A stretch of DNA of 61,162 nucleotides from a virus. Taxonomy: Duplodnaviria > Caudoviricetes. Under the pieces are notes generated by a model that had not been told where the DNA came from, ran no database searches, and worked only from the letters and a program-made list of their open reading frames with translations. How positions within the stretch are numbered: position 1 is the first letter of the stretch; each line of letters begins with the position of its first letter. The stretch is taken from the IMG/VR virus record IMGVR_UViG_3300047550_001096, positions 1-61,162 of that record, one strand, 5' to 3'. Positions 47,894 to 57,553 of the stretch are shown here, piece by piece. A program made the translations under genes and the position numbers.

Positions 47894-50800
47894 TTATACT
47901 GGTGTTCCTACCTTTGTTTCCCAAACAATGTCAATATATGCGCTAAGATTGCTAGAAGATACCTCTATACCCTGATTATCATCAACAATAACCTTGTTTG
48001 TTCCTATATATGTTTCATATATTATTGAAGGATCAACTCCATAAATATCTGTAGAGCCAATTATTAATACATCTTCCCAGTCAGTAGTACCCTGGTTCCA
48101 ACTATCCCAGGTAAAGTCTGTTATTCCCTCAGAAAGTACGTCTGCCCAAGGTCTTGTTAAGACTCCCTGTATTTGTTGAAGATTATTTGCCTGATAAAAT
48201 GCAACATTATTAAATACTAGTGGACCATTTAGATTTATTTCTCCAATAAATGCATCAAAGTCTAAAGCTGGAGCAAATTTTATTCCAAGAGCACCCCATT
48301 CTTTAGTTGTTATAAAAGGTTCTCTCACTGGATTACCATTCCAATAATAAGATATTCCCTTATATTCTTCGCCAGTTTTTGTGCTTATGGCATATATTTT
48401 TGCCCTGTTACTTGCTGTTCCTATTGACTGCATATAAAACTTTATTACATCTCGTTTTGTTGATATTTCAAATACTTTAACTGGGTTAGCACTAATTGTA
48501 TTTAAATTACTTTTAATCCACATTTGAACTGCACTTATTTTATAGTCTTCAACTAGGTTAGTATTTATTGGAACAGCAATACCTCTATTTATTGATGGAG
48601 AAATAACTCCCCTAACTTCTATTCCAGAAGTATTGGTTAGATATAAGTATGGTGTACTTCCTTTATAAATGCTATATGGATTTTTTGATTTATAATCATA
48701 ATATATACCGACTTTTTTATATGGATAAACATCTATACCAAATCGTGTTCCAACTGGATTAAAATCAACACTATTAAAAGCTTGTGATGCTATTTGTAAT
48801 TTTTTAATTGCAATTGGTTTTGAAAGTATTCCTTTTACTTTAAACTCTAAACTATATACCATTGCTATTTCGTTAAAGTCTACAGTTTTATCTGGATAAA
48901 TTAGTGTATTATCTAACACTTCAAATCTTGTAATATCCCAGTCAGTGTACTCACTAACATCAAGAACCTTGCCTTCTTTTGCTGGAACATTTATACTAAA
49001 ATAATCTTTTGGTGCATTTGCTCCTTCATCAATATATTGAAATGTTACATAACTACGAACCGACGCATCTTGTGTATCATACTCTAAAAATGATATACTC
49101 TTTTGTGACATTTCTTGATAAGAGTTCCATCCAGTTAATAAGTAATCATCTAATTCTTCATATGTTAGCTGTACAGGAGTAGAATATTCATCTTTTAACT
49201 CGTCGTATGTCCATGTTTGAATATCTCCACCTTGTACTAATTTATTAGATGGTGGATAAGATATATTATACTGTAAAAAGTCTAGATCATAATAGCTATC
49301 TCCAGTTTCTGTTTTTATAAATTGTCCAAAATAAGAAAGTGGCATATAGTCTTGCCAATATCCTGCTACTGATATATCTAAAAAGTAGTTAGAGTAAGAT
49401 TCCATTGGAATCAAGGTATAGCTAGCAACATGGTTTAATAATGTTAATGCGTTTGTTGGCTCATCATATCCACTTGCATATGGATCATCAATTATAACTA
49501 TTCCATTTTCTTCAAAGCTATTTTTTATTTCATTAGAATTATATACAGTACATAATCCAAATGAATAAATTCTTCCAGTAAATTGATTACTTAAATATCC
49601 GTCTCCTCCAACATATATACCCATACCATTCAAATTACCAAAAAATGCTAAAAGGTTTCCGCCAAAAAAATCAACTAGCTGATCTATTTTAATTCCTACT
49701 GCAAATTTTTCATTAGAAAGTATTAGATTGGTTACATGTAAAAGACTTGTTATTCCATTATAAGTAAAATAATATCTTATTTCGTCTGAGTTTCTTTCTA
49801 TTGTAAAAGAATTTCCTGTAATAGAGTTATAAATTTTTATTAATATTTCTGATGATAGTAAGTTATCTGTTGAAAATACTCCATATACTGCATTTACTTT
49901 TGATGATAAAAGATTAAATTTTTGAAAATTAAAATAACAAAGATCTAAATCCCAAAAACTATTTGGTCTAAATGAAATAAATTTATAGTCTGGATCATCT
50001 TGTATATCTTTATTATCTAAATAAAGATCATTTATGTCTCTATTATTAATAAAAATATTTGGTAAAGAATAGCTTGGAGTTGTAATAGATGATGGTGTGG
50101 CAACTAAGTTGTCAAATGTTGCCTGTTGCCATTTTGCAAAATCTGGATAATTATAGTTAGCAGTATAGTCTGCAAATGGATAGTCTATAAATGCTTCTGT
50201 GCCATCATAGGAAGAATTTATTGACTCTGGAGAAATAACTGCTTGTCCATAAACAAATCTTCTTTTAGCTACATTAACTGGAACTGAATAAGGATATATC
50301 GCAACGCAATCTATTTCAAATGGCGACACATCTTCATATGCATAAAAACCAAGCCAGTCCTGTTTTGTTCCAGACTCATTAAATTGAGAAGGAAGATCTA
50401 AAGTATCTGTGTCTATTACCATTGATATAGCCTGAGAACCATTAATAAATACACTAGCAGAGTTTTGAATAACTTTAACCTGTATTAGCATTGGTCTTGA
50501 CCATTCACCAACAAAATATGATGAGAATGATTTGCCAATTGATAAAGTTAAAAATCCTCCTTCTACATATAATCCGTCTGTTGATGTTATAGGACCAAAT
50601 ATTCTTTTTGCTTCATATGTATTTACATCAATACGTGCCCAAAACTCTACGGTATAGTCTTTAAACTGACCAACTTTATTTAAAAATCCTTTTCCTGGAA
50701 CTATTAAAGAAGGATCTCCATTGTTTTGTTTTAACTTAGTTATATTAGATGCACCAAAAACAATTGGAATTCCAGTATTGTTTGATAACATGTAATTATC

Positions 50801-51508
50801 TTTAACTAGATAATACCCTGGATCTTGAGCTAATCCATAGGAGTCTGCTAAAATACAATCAAAACCAGATATTGGAACATCTGCTGGTAAACTCTGTTTT
50901 ACAGCACCTAAAGATACTGCATTAAAATTTTCTGATAATTGTCCTACAGTTATTCCATTGATATAAAATTGATAGTCAGATGATGATGCTCCGCCATCTT
51001 CATAAAAGAATTTTATTAAAACTCTTAAAGATGTATTATCAGCTGGCACTTCAAATGTTCCTGAAATAAAACTCCAAATATTAAAAGAAGTTGTCTCAAA
51101 CTCTTTAAACTGCTGTATATTATTTGACGTTAAAATATCTGTATATTCAAAACCTATTGCTACCTTAGTTATATATGGACTGTTAGAATAAAAATATGCA
51201 CCAATACAAAATGTTTCTATATCTGGATCTAGGGAAGCAAAATTAACTATGTCTGGACTTGTACATAAAAGTGATGTTGGAGATACTGGAACATCTGCTT
51301 CTATAAGACTAATATTGCTATTTGGAAATGGTTGTTTTTCAATATTTGGCGATGCTAAAGCTGTTGCATTTAATAGTGTCCATCCAGTGATATCTCTATC
51401 TGACTCTTGTATTAGACTTAAATATGATATTTCATCGTCCAGCGCCCACATTGATGTTGGGTGCTCTGCAAATATCTTTTCTGCATACAAGTTAGATGGG
51501 GTGGCCAT
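47894..51508 (-). CDS. Large putative virion protein (LamG/carbohydrate-binding-like domains)
   Basis: YAEKIFAEHP..WALDD start; YTVEFWARI and IDCVAIYPY LamG-like motifs. Confidence 0.6.
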   Translation of the reverse strand: MATPSNLYAEKIFAEHPTSMWALDDEISYLSLIQESDRDITGWTLLNATALASPNIEKQPFPNSNISLIEADVPVSPTSLLCTSPDIVNFASLDPDIETFCIGAYFYSNSPYITKVAIGFEYTDILTSNNIQQFKEFETTSFNIWSFISGTFEVPADNTSLRVLIKFFYEDGGASSSDYQFYINGITVGQLSENFNAVSLGAVKQSLPADVPISGFDCILADSYGLAQDPGYYLVKDNYMLSNNTGIPIVFGASNITKLKQNNGDPSLIVPGKGFLNKVGQFKDYTVEFWARIDVNTYEAKRIFGPITSTDGLYVEGGFLTLSIGKSFSSYFVGEWSRPMLIQVKVIQNSASVFINGSQAISMVIDTDTLDLPSQFNESGTKQDWLGFYAYEDVSPFEIDCVAIYPYSVPVNVAKRRFVYGQAVISPESINSSYDGTEAFIDYPFADYTANYNYPDFAKWQQATFDNLVATPSSITTPSYSLPNIFINNRDINDLYLDNKDIQDDPDYKFISFRPNSFWDLDLCYFNFQKFNLLSSKVNAVYGVFSTDNLLSSEILIKIYNSITGNSFTIERNSDEIRYYFTYNGITSLLHVTNLILSNEKFAVGIKIDQLVDFFGGNLLAFFGNLNGMGIYVGGDGYLSNQFTGRIYSFGLCTVYNSNEIKNSFEENGIVIIDDPYASGYDEPTNALTLLNHVASYTLIPMESYSNYFLDISVAGYWQDYMPLSYFGQFIKTETGDSYYDLDFLQYNISYPPSNKLVQGGDIQTWTYDELKDEYSTPVQLTYEELDDYLLTGWNSYQEMSQKSISFLEYDTQDASVRSYVTFQYIDEGANAPKDYFSINVPAKEGKVLDVSEYTDWDITRFEVLDNTLIYPDKTVDFNEIAMVYSLEFKVKGILSKPIAIKKLQIASQAFNSVDFNPVGTRFGIDVYPYKKVGIYYDYKSKNPYSIYKGSTPYLYLTNTSGIEVRGVISPSINRGIAVPINTNLVEDYKISAVQMWIKSNLNTISANPVKVFEISTKRDVIKFYMQSIGTASNRAKIYAISTKTGEEYKGISYYWNGNPVREPFITTKEWGALGIKFAPALDFDAFIGEINLNGPLVFNNVAFYQANNLQQIQGVLTRPWADVLSEGITDFTWDSWNQGTTDWEDVLIIGSTDIYGVDPSIIYETYIGTNKVIVDDNQGIEVSSSNLSAYIDIVWETKVGTPV

Positions 51509-51534
51509 ATTATCTCCTACCCCAATTATAGCAG

Positions 51535-53565
51535 TTAAGACATTTTAATTTCACAAGAGTCGGTGGTGCAATATGCCTCTCCCATAGCCTCTAAATTATT
51601 AGCCCCATCATAAATTGCAGCCCAATTAATCTTTTTAATTTGCCCAATATATGACTCATATTCCTCTTTTGTAATTTGAGTATATGGTTGTTGAGGATAG
51701 GTATGATTTCCCATTGGTAAGAATGACACTGCTTTTAACTGCCCTTCGTACATATGGAGAGCAGATGCAATATGCTTTGATTCAGACTCTTTATCAAATG
51801 AAAGAGTAACAGAAACACCATTGTCTGACCAATATTTTTGAGCAGTAGCAGCAAGTGCTATTTTTTCAAATAATGTTACATCTTTTTCAGAACGAGCATG
51901 GCCAGAATGTACTGGGAAATATACAACTTGTGTATTTGCTGATACTAAATCTTTTTCAACTTTATACCCCGCTGCTTTGAACAAATGAATCATTGGATCT
52001 GTTTCTCCAAAGCGGATTGCACGAAGGAAATATTCTCCTCCTGGTGCCCAGTGAACTCCTGGAGTTGCTCCAGAAAGAATTGAAACAGAGCCAGAAGGTT
52101 TTACAGTTGTGACACGAATTGATTCACGAACACACAACCATTCTGAATATTTGTGATCATAGGCACGAATTGTTTTATATCCTTCATCCATCCATTCACG
52201 AACTGCAGGCAAACCTTTTTGATCTGCAAATGATGCAATTCCAGTTAGTGATGTTCCAATACGACGATTACGCTGCATAATTCCATTTGTTTGTTGCCAA
52301 TGTGTTGGAATAAGAGTAACTGTCTTTCCATATAAATATGCAAATTTTAAAGTACGCAAAAAATCTTCTTTAGAATCGTGACGATTTAAATGAACCTCTA
52401 CAAGTGTACATAGTTCGTATGATTCTAATGGTTGTTCTGCACAAGGATTAAATCCCATAACACGATAATCTTTTCCATCTGCTGGATCTGCAAGACGACC
52501 ATAGTTGCGAGCAACATCAAGCCAAATAAAACCAGGTTCTCCGTTATTTGCAATTAAATCAACATAGTCTTCATATTTTGTTCCTACATTTGCTGATATT
52601 GAATTATTACTCATCCATGCCCAACCTGGTTTTTCTGGATCATACGAATTTCTATCTGGAAAAACCTCTGGGTTTTTAAGATTAATAAAATCATCATCTC
52701 CAGCTGCTCCAAGTGCAAGAGTTGCAGAACGTCGTACATTACCAGCAACAACGCATGTTCCAATTAAATTTACAATATCAACAATTGCACGAGAATCTAG
52801 TTTTTCTCCTGCTCTCCCGCCAATAACTGTACGAATACGATTATGTAAATCAATCAATGGTTGTGGGCCAGATGCGACTCCTCCAAATCCTTTAATAGGA
52901 GCGCCTAATGGACGAATTAGGGAATAATCAAATTCTTGAATTGCTTGATTAGGACGAAGGAATGAATTAATTAGCATTCTTACAGACTCAACCCATCCCT
53001 CACGAGTATCAGGAATTTCATAAGTTACTGAGGGTTCTGTAGGGGAATAAATAGGAAATTCTTTTTCTGCTCCCACAGTATCAAATCCAACACCAATACC
53101 AAGCATCAGTGCATCCATCACCCAAGCAAATAAGGCACCTGGATCATTTTTGTCTAAATCTTTAGTTGAGACCATAGCACAATTTTGAAGTGCTGCTGAG
53201 TTGCGCTTCTCCATAGTCATAGGAGTTCCAAACGCCCACATACCACGTCCTGGAGGAGTCCACTTTAAATTAAACATACGGTCAAAAGCTTCTTGGGCAG
53301 ATTTTTGGGCCTTATTATCATTCCAAGGCAGGCGATTTTCTTTAGCATGATTTTTCTGCACTGAGTACATTCCCTCAATTACACGACGGCAAACTTCATA
53401 CCATCGCTCCTTTGTGCCATCATCTTTCATTCTTGAATATGTGCGAATAAATGTTATTTCTCCAAGGGAGTTGTTGCCTGCATCTGAAAACCCAAATGGT
53501 GGCTCAGTGCTTTTATATTTATTCACAAACTCATCTAGTAAACGGAATGAAAAGATATCTGACAT
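51535..53565 (-). CDS. nrdJ: Class II (adenosylcobalamin-dependent) ribonucleotide reductase
   Basis: RTYSR, PPGRG, LQNC, GNVRRSA, NPCAEQ, TVKPSGSVS, C-terminal CTTDSC; no beta-subunit gene nearby. Confidence 0.92.
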   Translation of the reverse strand: MSDIFSFRLLDEFVNKYKSTEPPFGFSDAGNNSLGEITFIRTYSRMKDDGTKERWYEVCRRVIEGMYSVQKNHAKENRLPWNDNKAQKSAQEAFDRMFNLKWTPPGRGMWAFGTPMTMEKRNSAALQNCAMVSTKDLDKNDPGALFAWVMDALMLGIGVGFDTVGAEKEFPIYSPTEPSVTYEIPDTREGWVESVRMLINSFLRPNQAIQEFDYSLIRPLGAPIKGFGGVASGPQPLIDLHNRIRTVIGGRAGEKLDSRAIVDIVNLIGTCVVAGNVRRSATLALGAAGDDDFINLKNPEVFPDRNSYDPEKPGWAWMSNNSISANVGTKYEDYVDLIANNGEPGFIWLDVARNYGRLADPADGKDYRVMGFNPCAEQPLESYELCTLVEVHLNRHDSKEDFLRTLKFAYLYGKTVTLIPTHWQQTNGIMQRNRRIGTSLTGIASFADQKGLPAVREWMDEGYKTIRAYDHKYSEWLCVRESIRVTTVKPSGSVSILSGATPGVHWAPGGEYFLRAIRFGETDPMIHLFKAAGYKVEKDLVSANTQVVYFPVHSGHARSEKDVTLFEKIALAATAQKYWSDNGVSVTLSFDKESESKHIASALHMYEGQLKAVSFLPMGNHTYPQQPYTQITKEEYESYIGQIKKINWAAIYDGANNLEAMGEAYCTTDSCEIKMS

Positions 53566-53599
53566 TTAATTTTCTGCCTTTCAAGTAAAAAATATTATG

Positions 53600-53772
53600 A
53601 GAGCTTTGCAATTTGCAAAGTACTCCTTAGTATATCATGGCTTTGTAACAAAGACCAAGCTCAATTATAACAATTTTATAAACTATAAAGGTTTAGTATA
53701 GGATAGTACTTTTATATTATAAAAGTTCTTATATATTTTGTAGTATAGAGCTTTGTCTGGTATACTTTTGTT
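53600..53772. promoter_or_regulatory. Divergent promoter region (nrdJ / plus-strand island) with several palindromes
   Basis: Minus strand: TGATATACT at 53629-53637. Plus strand: TTGTAG-17-TATACT at 53738-53766. Inverted repeats at 53604-53620, 53641-53653 and 53708-53726. Confidence 0.65.
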
Positions 53773-54780
53773 GTGGGTAATTTAGTAGAGAAATCAGTGG
53801 AATATGGCGGTAAGTTAGTACCGCTTGTAATTGAAAAAGGATTACATTCTGGAACTGGGTTAATGAATCCTTCCGTATTTATAGATGATGATGGGGATAT
53901 CTTAGTCAATTTGAGGCATATAAACTATACCCTTTGCCATTCAGAAAATACTCAAAGATTTCCAAATAGGTGGGGACCACTATCTTATCTACATCCAGAA
54001 AAAGATCAGACTCTAAGAACTGAAAATTATATATGTAGACTTGATGAAAACCTTTCAATTTCTGAATATTGTCATGTTGAAATGTTAGATCTTCATACCC
54101 CTATTTGGGAATTTATTGGTCTTGAAGATGCTCGTTTGGTCAAATGGGACAATAAATATTTTCTAGTTGGAGTCCGTAGAGACACTACTACAAATGGTCA
54201 AGGTCGTATGGAATATACACATATTGACCTTGATAAAAATAACTGGACTGCCAAAGAAACTAAAAGAGTAAGAATTCCTGCACCAATATCAGATACTTCT
54301 TATTGTGAAAAAAATTGGGTACCAGTTTTAGATAAACCATATCATTTTATTAAATGGTCATATCCTGTTGAAGTAGTAAAAGCTAATTCAGAGGCACCAG
54401 AGTGCGAACAGGTTTCATTAAGAAATGGTGTTATGCCACCAACTGATCAACGTGGTGGATCTCATTTAGTTCGTTGGGGTAATATGTATATATCTATATC
54501 TCATGAGGTTGATTTATTTAAAAATTATTTAGGACAAAAAGATGCATATTATCGCCATAGGCTTTTAGTTTGGGATGATCAATTAAATCTTGTTGGTTTT
54601 TCAAAAAAGTTTTCATTTTTAGATGCAAGAATTGAATTTGTTGCTGGAGCAGCAGTACACAATGGTGATTTACTTATTACTTTTGGATTTCAAGATAATG
54701 CTGCTTTTATTCTTCGTACCCCTAAAATGGTAGTTGAAGACTTAATCCTGGAGGCTTTAAATTATGAACAAAACAATTGA
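53773..54780 (+). CDS. Five-bladed beta-propeller glycosidase/phosphorylase-like protein (GH130/GH43 clan-like)
   Basis: MNPSV, GLEDARL, EKNWVP, RGGS, IEFVAG, FGFQD. Confidence 0.7.
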   Translation: MGNLVEKSVEYGGKLVPLVIEKGLHSGTGLMNPSVFIDDDGDILVNLRHINYTLCHSENTQRFPNRWGPLSYLHPEKDQTLRTENYICRLDENLSISEYCHVEMLDLHTPIWEFIGLEDARLVKWDNKYFLVGVRRDTTTNGQGRMEYTHIDLDKNNWTAKETKRVRIPAPISDTSYCEKNWVPVLDKPYHFIKWSYPVEVVKANSEAPECEQVSLRNGVMPPTDQRGGSHLVRWGNMYISISHEVDLFKNYLGQKDAYYRHRLLVWDDQLNLVGFSKKFSFLDARIEFVAGAAVHNGDLLITFGFQDNAAFILRTPKMVVEDLILEALNYEQNN

Positions 54781-55324
54781 AGATCTTGTAGTTGATTTAT
54801 CAACTGATCCATTTAATCCAGATATAAATTTTCAATGTGCTATTGAATATGAAAAATTAAATCAAACAGCCTCTGCAGTTTCTTTTTATTTACGTGCTGC
54901 AGAATTTGGTATTGATACTCATAAAGACATTGTATATACATCACTGCTTAAAATAGCAGAATGTTTTCAAACACAAAAAGATAGACAGTGGAATGTAACA
55001 AACTATATTCTTCATGCAGTTTCATATATGCCAGAAAGACCAGAGGCGTACTTCTTAATGTCTCAATATTATGAAAGAGAAGGAGCTTGGTTAGAATGCT
55101 ATGTATGGGCACAAATGGGTATAAATGCTAATCATAGTCTTGAGAAGCTTCCTCTATATGTTGGTTATGATGGTTTCTATTGTCTTGAATTTGAAAAAGC
55201 AGTATCTGGTTGGTGGATAGGCCAAAGAAATGAAAGCAAGATGTTGTTTAATAAGATATTAGAAATAGAATCAATTACAGACATATATAGAGAAGCAATT
55301 AAGTTTAACCTAGAAAAGATTTAA
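54764..55324 (+). CDS. TPR-like protein
   Basis: Helical repeats (A..FYLRAAE, PERPEAYFLMSQYY). Confidence 0.65.
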   Translation: MNKTIEDLVVDLSTDPFNPDINFQCAIEYEKLNQTASAVSFYLRAAEFGIDTHKDIVYTSLLKIAECFQTQKDRQWNVTNYILHAVSYMPERPEAYFLMSQYYEREGAWLECYVWAQMGINANHSLEKLPLYVGYDGFYCLEFEKAVSGWWIGQRNESKMLFNKILEIESITDIYREAIKFNLEKI

Positions 55325-55326
55325 TC

Positions 55327-55989
55327 ATGTTATTATTTGATATAGGGGCTAATAGAGGAGATGCTGTACTTGTAGGGTTAAATAAAGGATATAAAGTAGT
55401 TGCATTAGAGCCTGCTCCACATATATATAAAGAACTAGTAAAAAATTTTATTTATAATCCAAACGTAGTACCATTAAAGTTTGCAGTATCAGATAGTAAT
55501 AATCAAACAATAGAATTTTATGAAGCTGATGAAGATGGTTTATCTACTATAAATAAAGAATGGCTTACTTCAGATACCATGCCATATAAGGGTAAAAATT
55601 TTAGAACTATTCAAGCTACAACAATAACAGTTGATTCTTTAGTAGATATTTATGGAATACCAGACTTAATTAAAATTGATGTTGAAGGTGCAGAATGGTC
55701 TGTATTTCGTGGAATAACTAAAAAATATAAAACATTAACTTTTGAATGGACCAATGTTACTATTGGAGAACATCAATCTCAAATAGAATATTTAAAAAAT
55801 CTTGGATATACAGAAATAGGTCCTCAGTTTATTGAACACCATTTACAAGAACCAAAAGAATGGTTCAATATTAATGATCAAAGATTAGATGACTGGATAA
55901 TTGCTAATAAAGATAAATGGGAAGAAAAAGATTGGAAAGAGTCTGGACTTAGACCAACTGCAGATGTTGGAATGTGTTGGATTAAATAA
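55327..55989 (+). CDS. FkbM-family SAM-dependent methyltransferase
   Basis: [26 protein letters not shown]. Confidence 0.9.
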   Translation: MLLFDIGANRGDAVLVGLNKGYKVVALEPAPHIYKELVKNFIYNPNVVPLKFAVSDSNNQTIEFYEADEDGLSTINKEWLTSDTMPYKGKNFRTIQATTITVDSLVDIYGIPDLIKIDVEGAEWSVFRGITKKYKTLTFEWTNVTIGEHQSQIEYLKNLGYTEIGPQFIEHHLQEPKEWFNINDQRLDDWIIANKDKWEEKDWKESGLRPTADVGMCWIK

Positions 55990-56563
55990 TATCTCCCGTA
56001 ACATACCAAACTTCATTTTCTGCTTTAATTAAAGTTAACATACTATATTGAACACGAGTTTTTGGAGCATTAGATGTTGCTGCAGCTGATGCAATTGTAG
56101 TTGTTGCTGGTGTTACAGCATTAATTGTTATCTGTCCTGCTCCAATTTGAACAACATTTATAGCATCGCCTATAGCAAAAGCAACATTTGAATTTGTTGG
56201 AACGCTAAATGTTTGAGCTGATCCGCTATTTCCACGAACTAAGTTATCTTTGTCTGTTAAAACAAAAGTATATGTTGCTCCAGTTTGAGTAGTTACAGCA
56301 TCTACACCTGTTGGTCCTGGTATTCCCTGTATACCCTGAGTTCCTTGTGTTCCTGTGGTTCCTTGAGAACCTGTAGTGCCTTGTGAACCTGTAGTTCCTT
56401 GTGTGCCTGTTATTCCTTGTATTCCTTGAGCACCTGTAGCCCCTGTAACACCTTGAATTGTAGTAGGAACTATAGCCCAAACTGTTCCAGTCCATTGTCT
56501 TGTAATTCCATCAACTGTAAACTGTTGATTTACAGATGGATTATCTGGAAAATTTGCTGGCAT
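55982..56563 (-). CDS. Short collagen-like fibre protein
   Basis: [19 protein letters not shown]-domain, G-X-Y repeats, C-domain ending WYVTGD. Confidence 0.75.
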   Translation of the reverse strand: MPANFPDNPSVNQQFTVDGITRQWTGTVWAIVPTTIQGVTGATGAQGIQGITGTQGTTGSQGTTGSQGTTGTQGTQGIQGIPGPTGVDAVTTQTGATYTFVLTDKDNLVRGNSGSAQTFSVPTNSNVAFAIGDAINVVQIGAGQITINAVTPATTTIASAAATSNAPKTRVQYSMLTLIKAENEVWYVTGDII

Positions 56564-56573
56564 GTCCTACCTC

Positions 56574-57203
56574 CTAATCTATTATATATCCGTACTCTGT
56601 ATCTAAAAATATTAAATTCTGTGGTGTTTCTAAATATGTAGGGCTAGTTGTTCCAGATGTATTAAAGGTTATTGTATATGATGTTCCCATACCTTGTGTA
56701 GCAACATTCCATGCCTCTAATACCAAAAAGTCTCCAGCTTGTGCAGTAACTGCAGATCCTGAAAATGTAACTGTCTGTAGTGTATTTGCAAACTCTACAC
56801 CTATTGTTGTAGCAGAATCTCTAATAAATCCAACGACTGCATTTGTAGATGGTCTATATACATAAACTACTGGGGATAAAAATGCGTTTGCAGCAGCATT
56901 TGATTCATCTGCTAAGTATGCAATTGTCCATGTATTTGCAGAGATTGTTTGTGCTGCTAATTGACTAGAGGAAAACCTTGCTATTACTGCAGATTGCTGT
57001 GTAGATACAGCTGCACTTGAGTATGTTAAAGCAGTTCCCGCTCCAGATGTAGCATTTACTAAAATCATTTCTTGTGACTCATTAAAATCTCCACCATCTG
57101 TTCCAACTGGAAGTGCTGTTGATTTATCTCCAGCAGTTGGAAAATTTTGAGGCTCTCCTGCTGCACCAGCTGTTAAACTTCTAAAAAATAATCTAGTTGC
57201 CAT
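56574..57203 (-). CDS. Putative fibre-associated structural protein
   Basis: Ala/Thr-rich, beta-rich ORF inside the fibre cluster. Confidence 0.55.
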   Translation of the reverse strand: MATRLFFRSLTAGAAGEPQNFPTAGDKSTALPVGTDGGDFNESQEMILVNATSGAGTALTYSSAAVSTQQSAVIARFSSSQLAAQTISANTWTIAYLADESNAAANAFLSPVVYVYRPSTNAVVGFIRDSATTIGVEFANTLQTVTFSGSAVTAQAGDFLVLEAWNVATQGMGTSYTITFNTSGTTSPTYLETPQNLIFLDTEYGYIID

Positions 57204-57552
57204 TTATCCAAACACCTTCAAGAGTGCATATTTCATTTTCATTGATAAAATCTGGCGTCATTGGTATATCTTTACGATTTTCAAATCCTTCTTCTATACA
57301 TGCCCCAGCATTTCCTGGTTCTGCAGACCATATTAATTTTCTTGTCCAAATCTCTTCTGTTCCATCTGTAAAAATTCTTCTATTTTCTTCAATTACTGTG
57401 GAAGGTATTTGTAATGGCTTGTTTTCACATAATCCACATGCTATACATTTTCCATATACCCGCCATTTTTTACCATCAGTATTCTCATATTCTGTATACT
57501 CTTCTGTCTTATCAGTAATTACTGTTGTAGGATCTTCTGTATATTCAATCAT
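57193..57552 (-). CDS. Cys-cluster (CxxCxxC) hypothetical protein
   Basis: GKCIACGLCE plus two distal Cys. Confidence 0.6.
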   Translation of the reverse strand: MIEYTEDPTTVITDKTEEYTEYENTDGKKWRVYGKCIACGLCENKPLQIPSTVIEENRRIFTDGTEEIWTRKLIWSAEPGNAGACIEEGFENRKDIPMTPDFINENEICTLEGVWINGN

Positions 57553-57553
57553 A

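Noticed and set aside
4987-53565. Inteins or introns in terL, recA, dnaE, dnaB or nrdJ
   Set aside because: Normal lengths, contiguous motifs, and no C...HN-C/S/T splice junctions or LAGLIDADG blocks seen.
53712-53909. 65-aa minus-strand ORF upstream of nrdJ
   Set aside because: Mostly antisense to the glycosidase-like gene; no RBS or motif.
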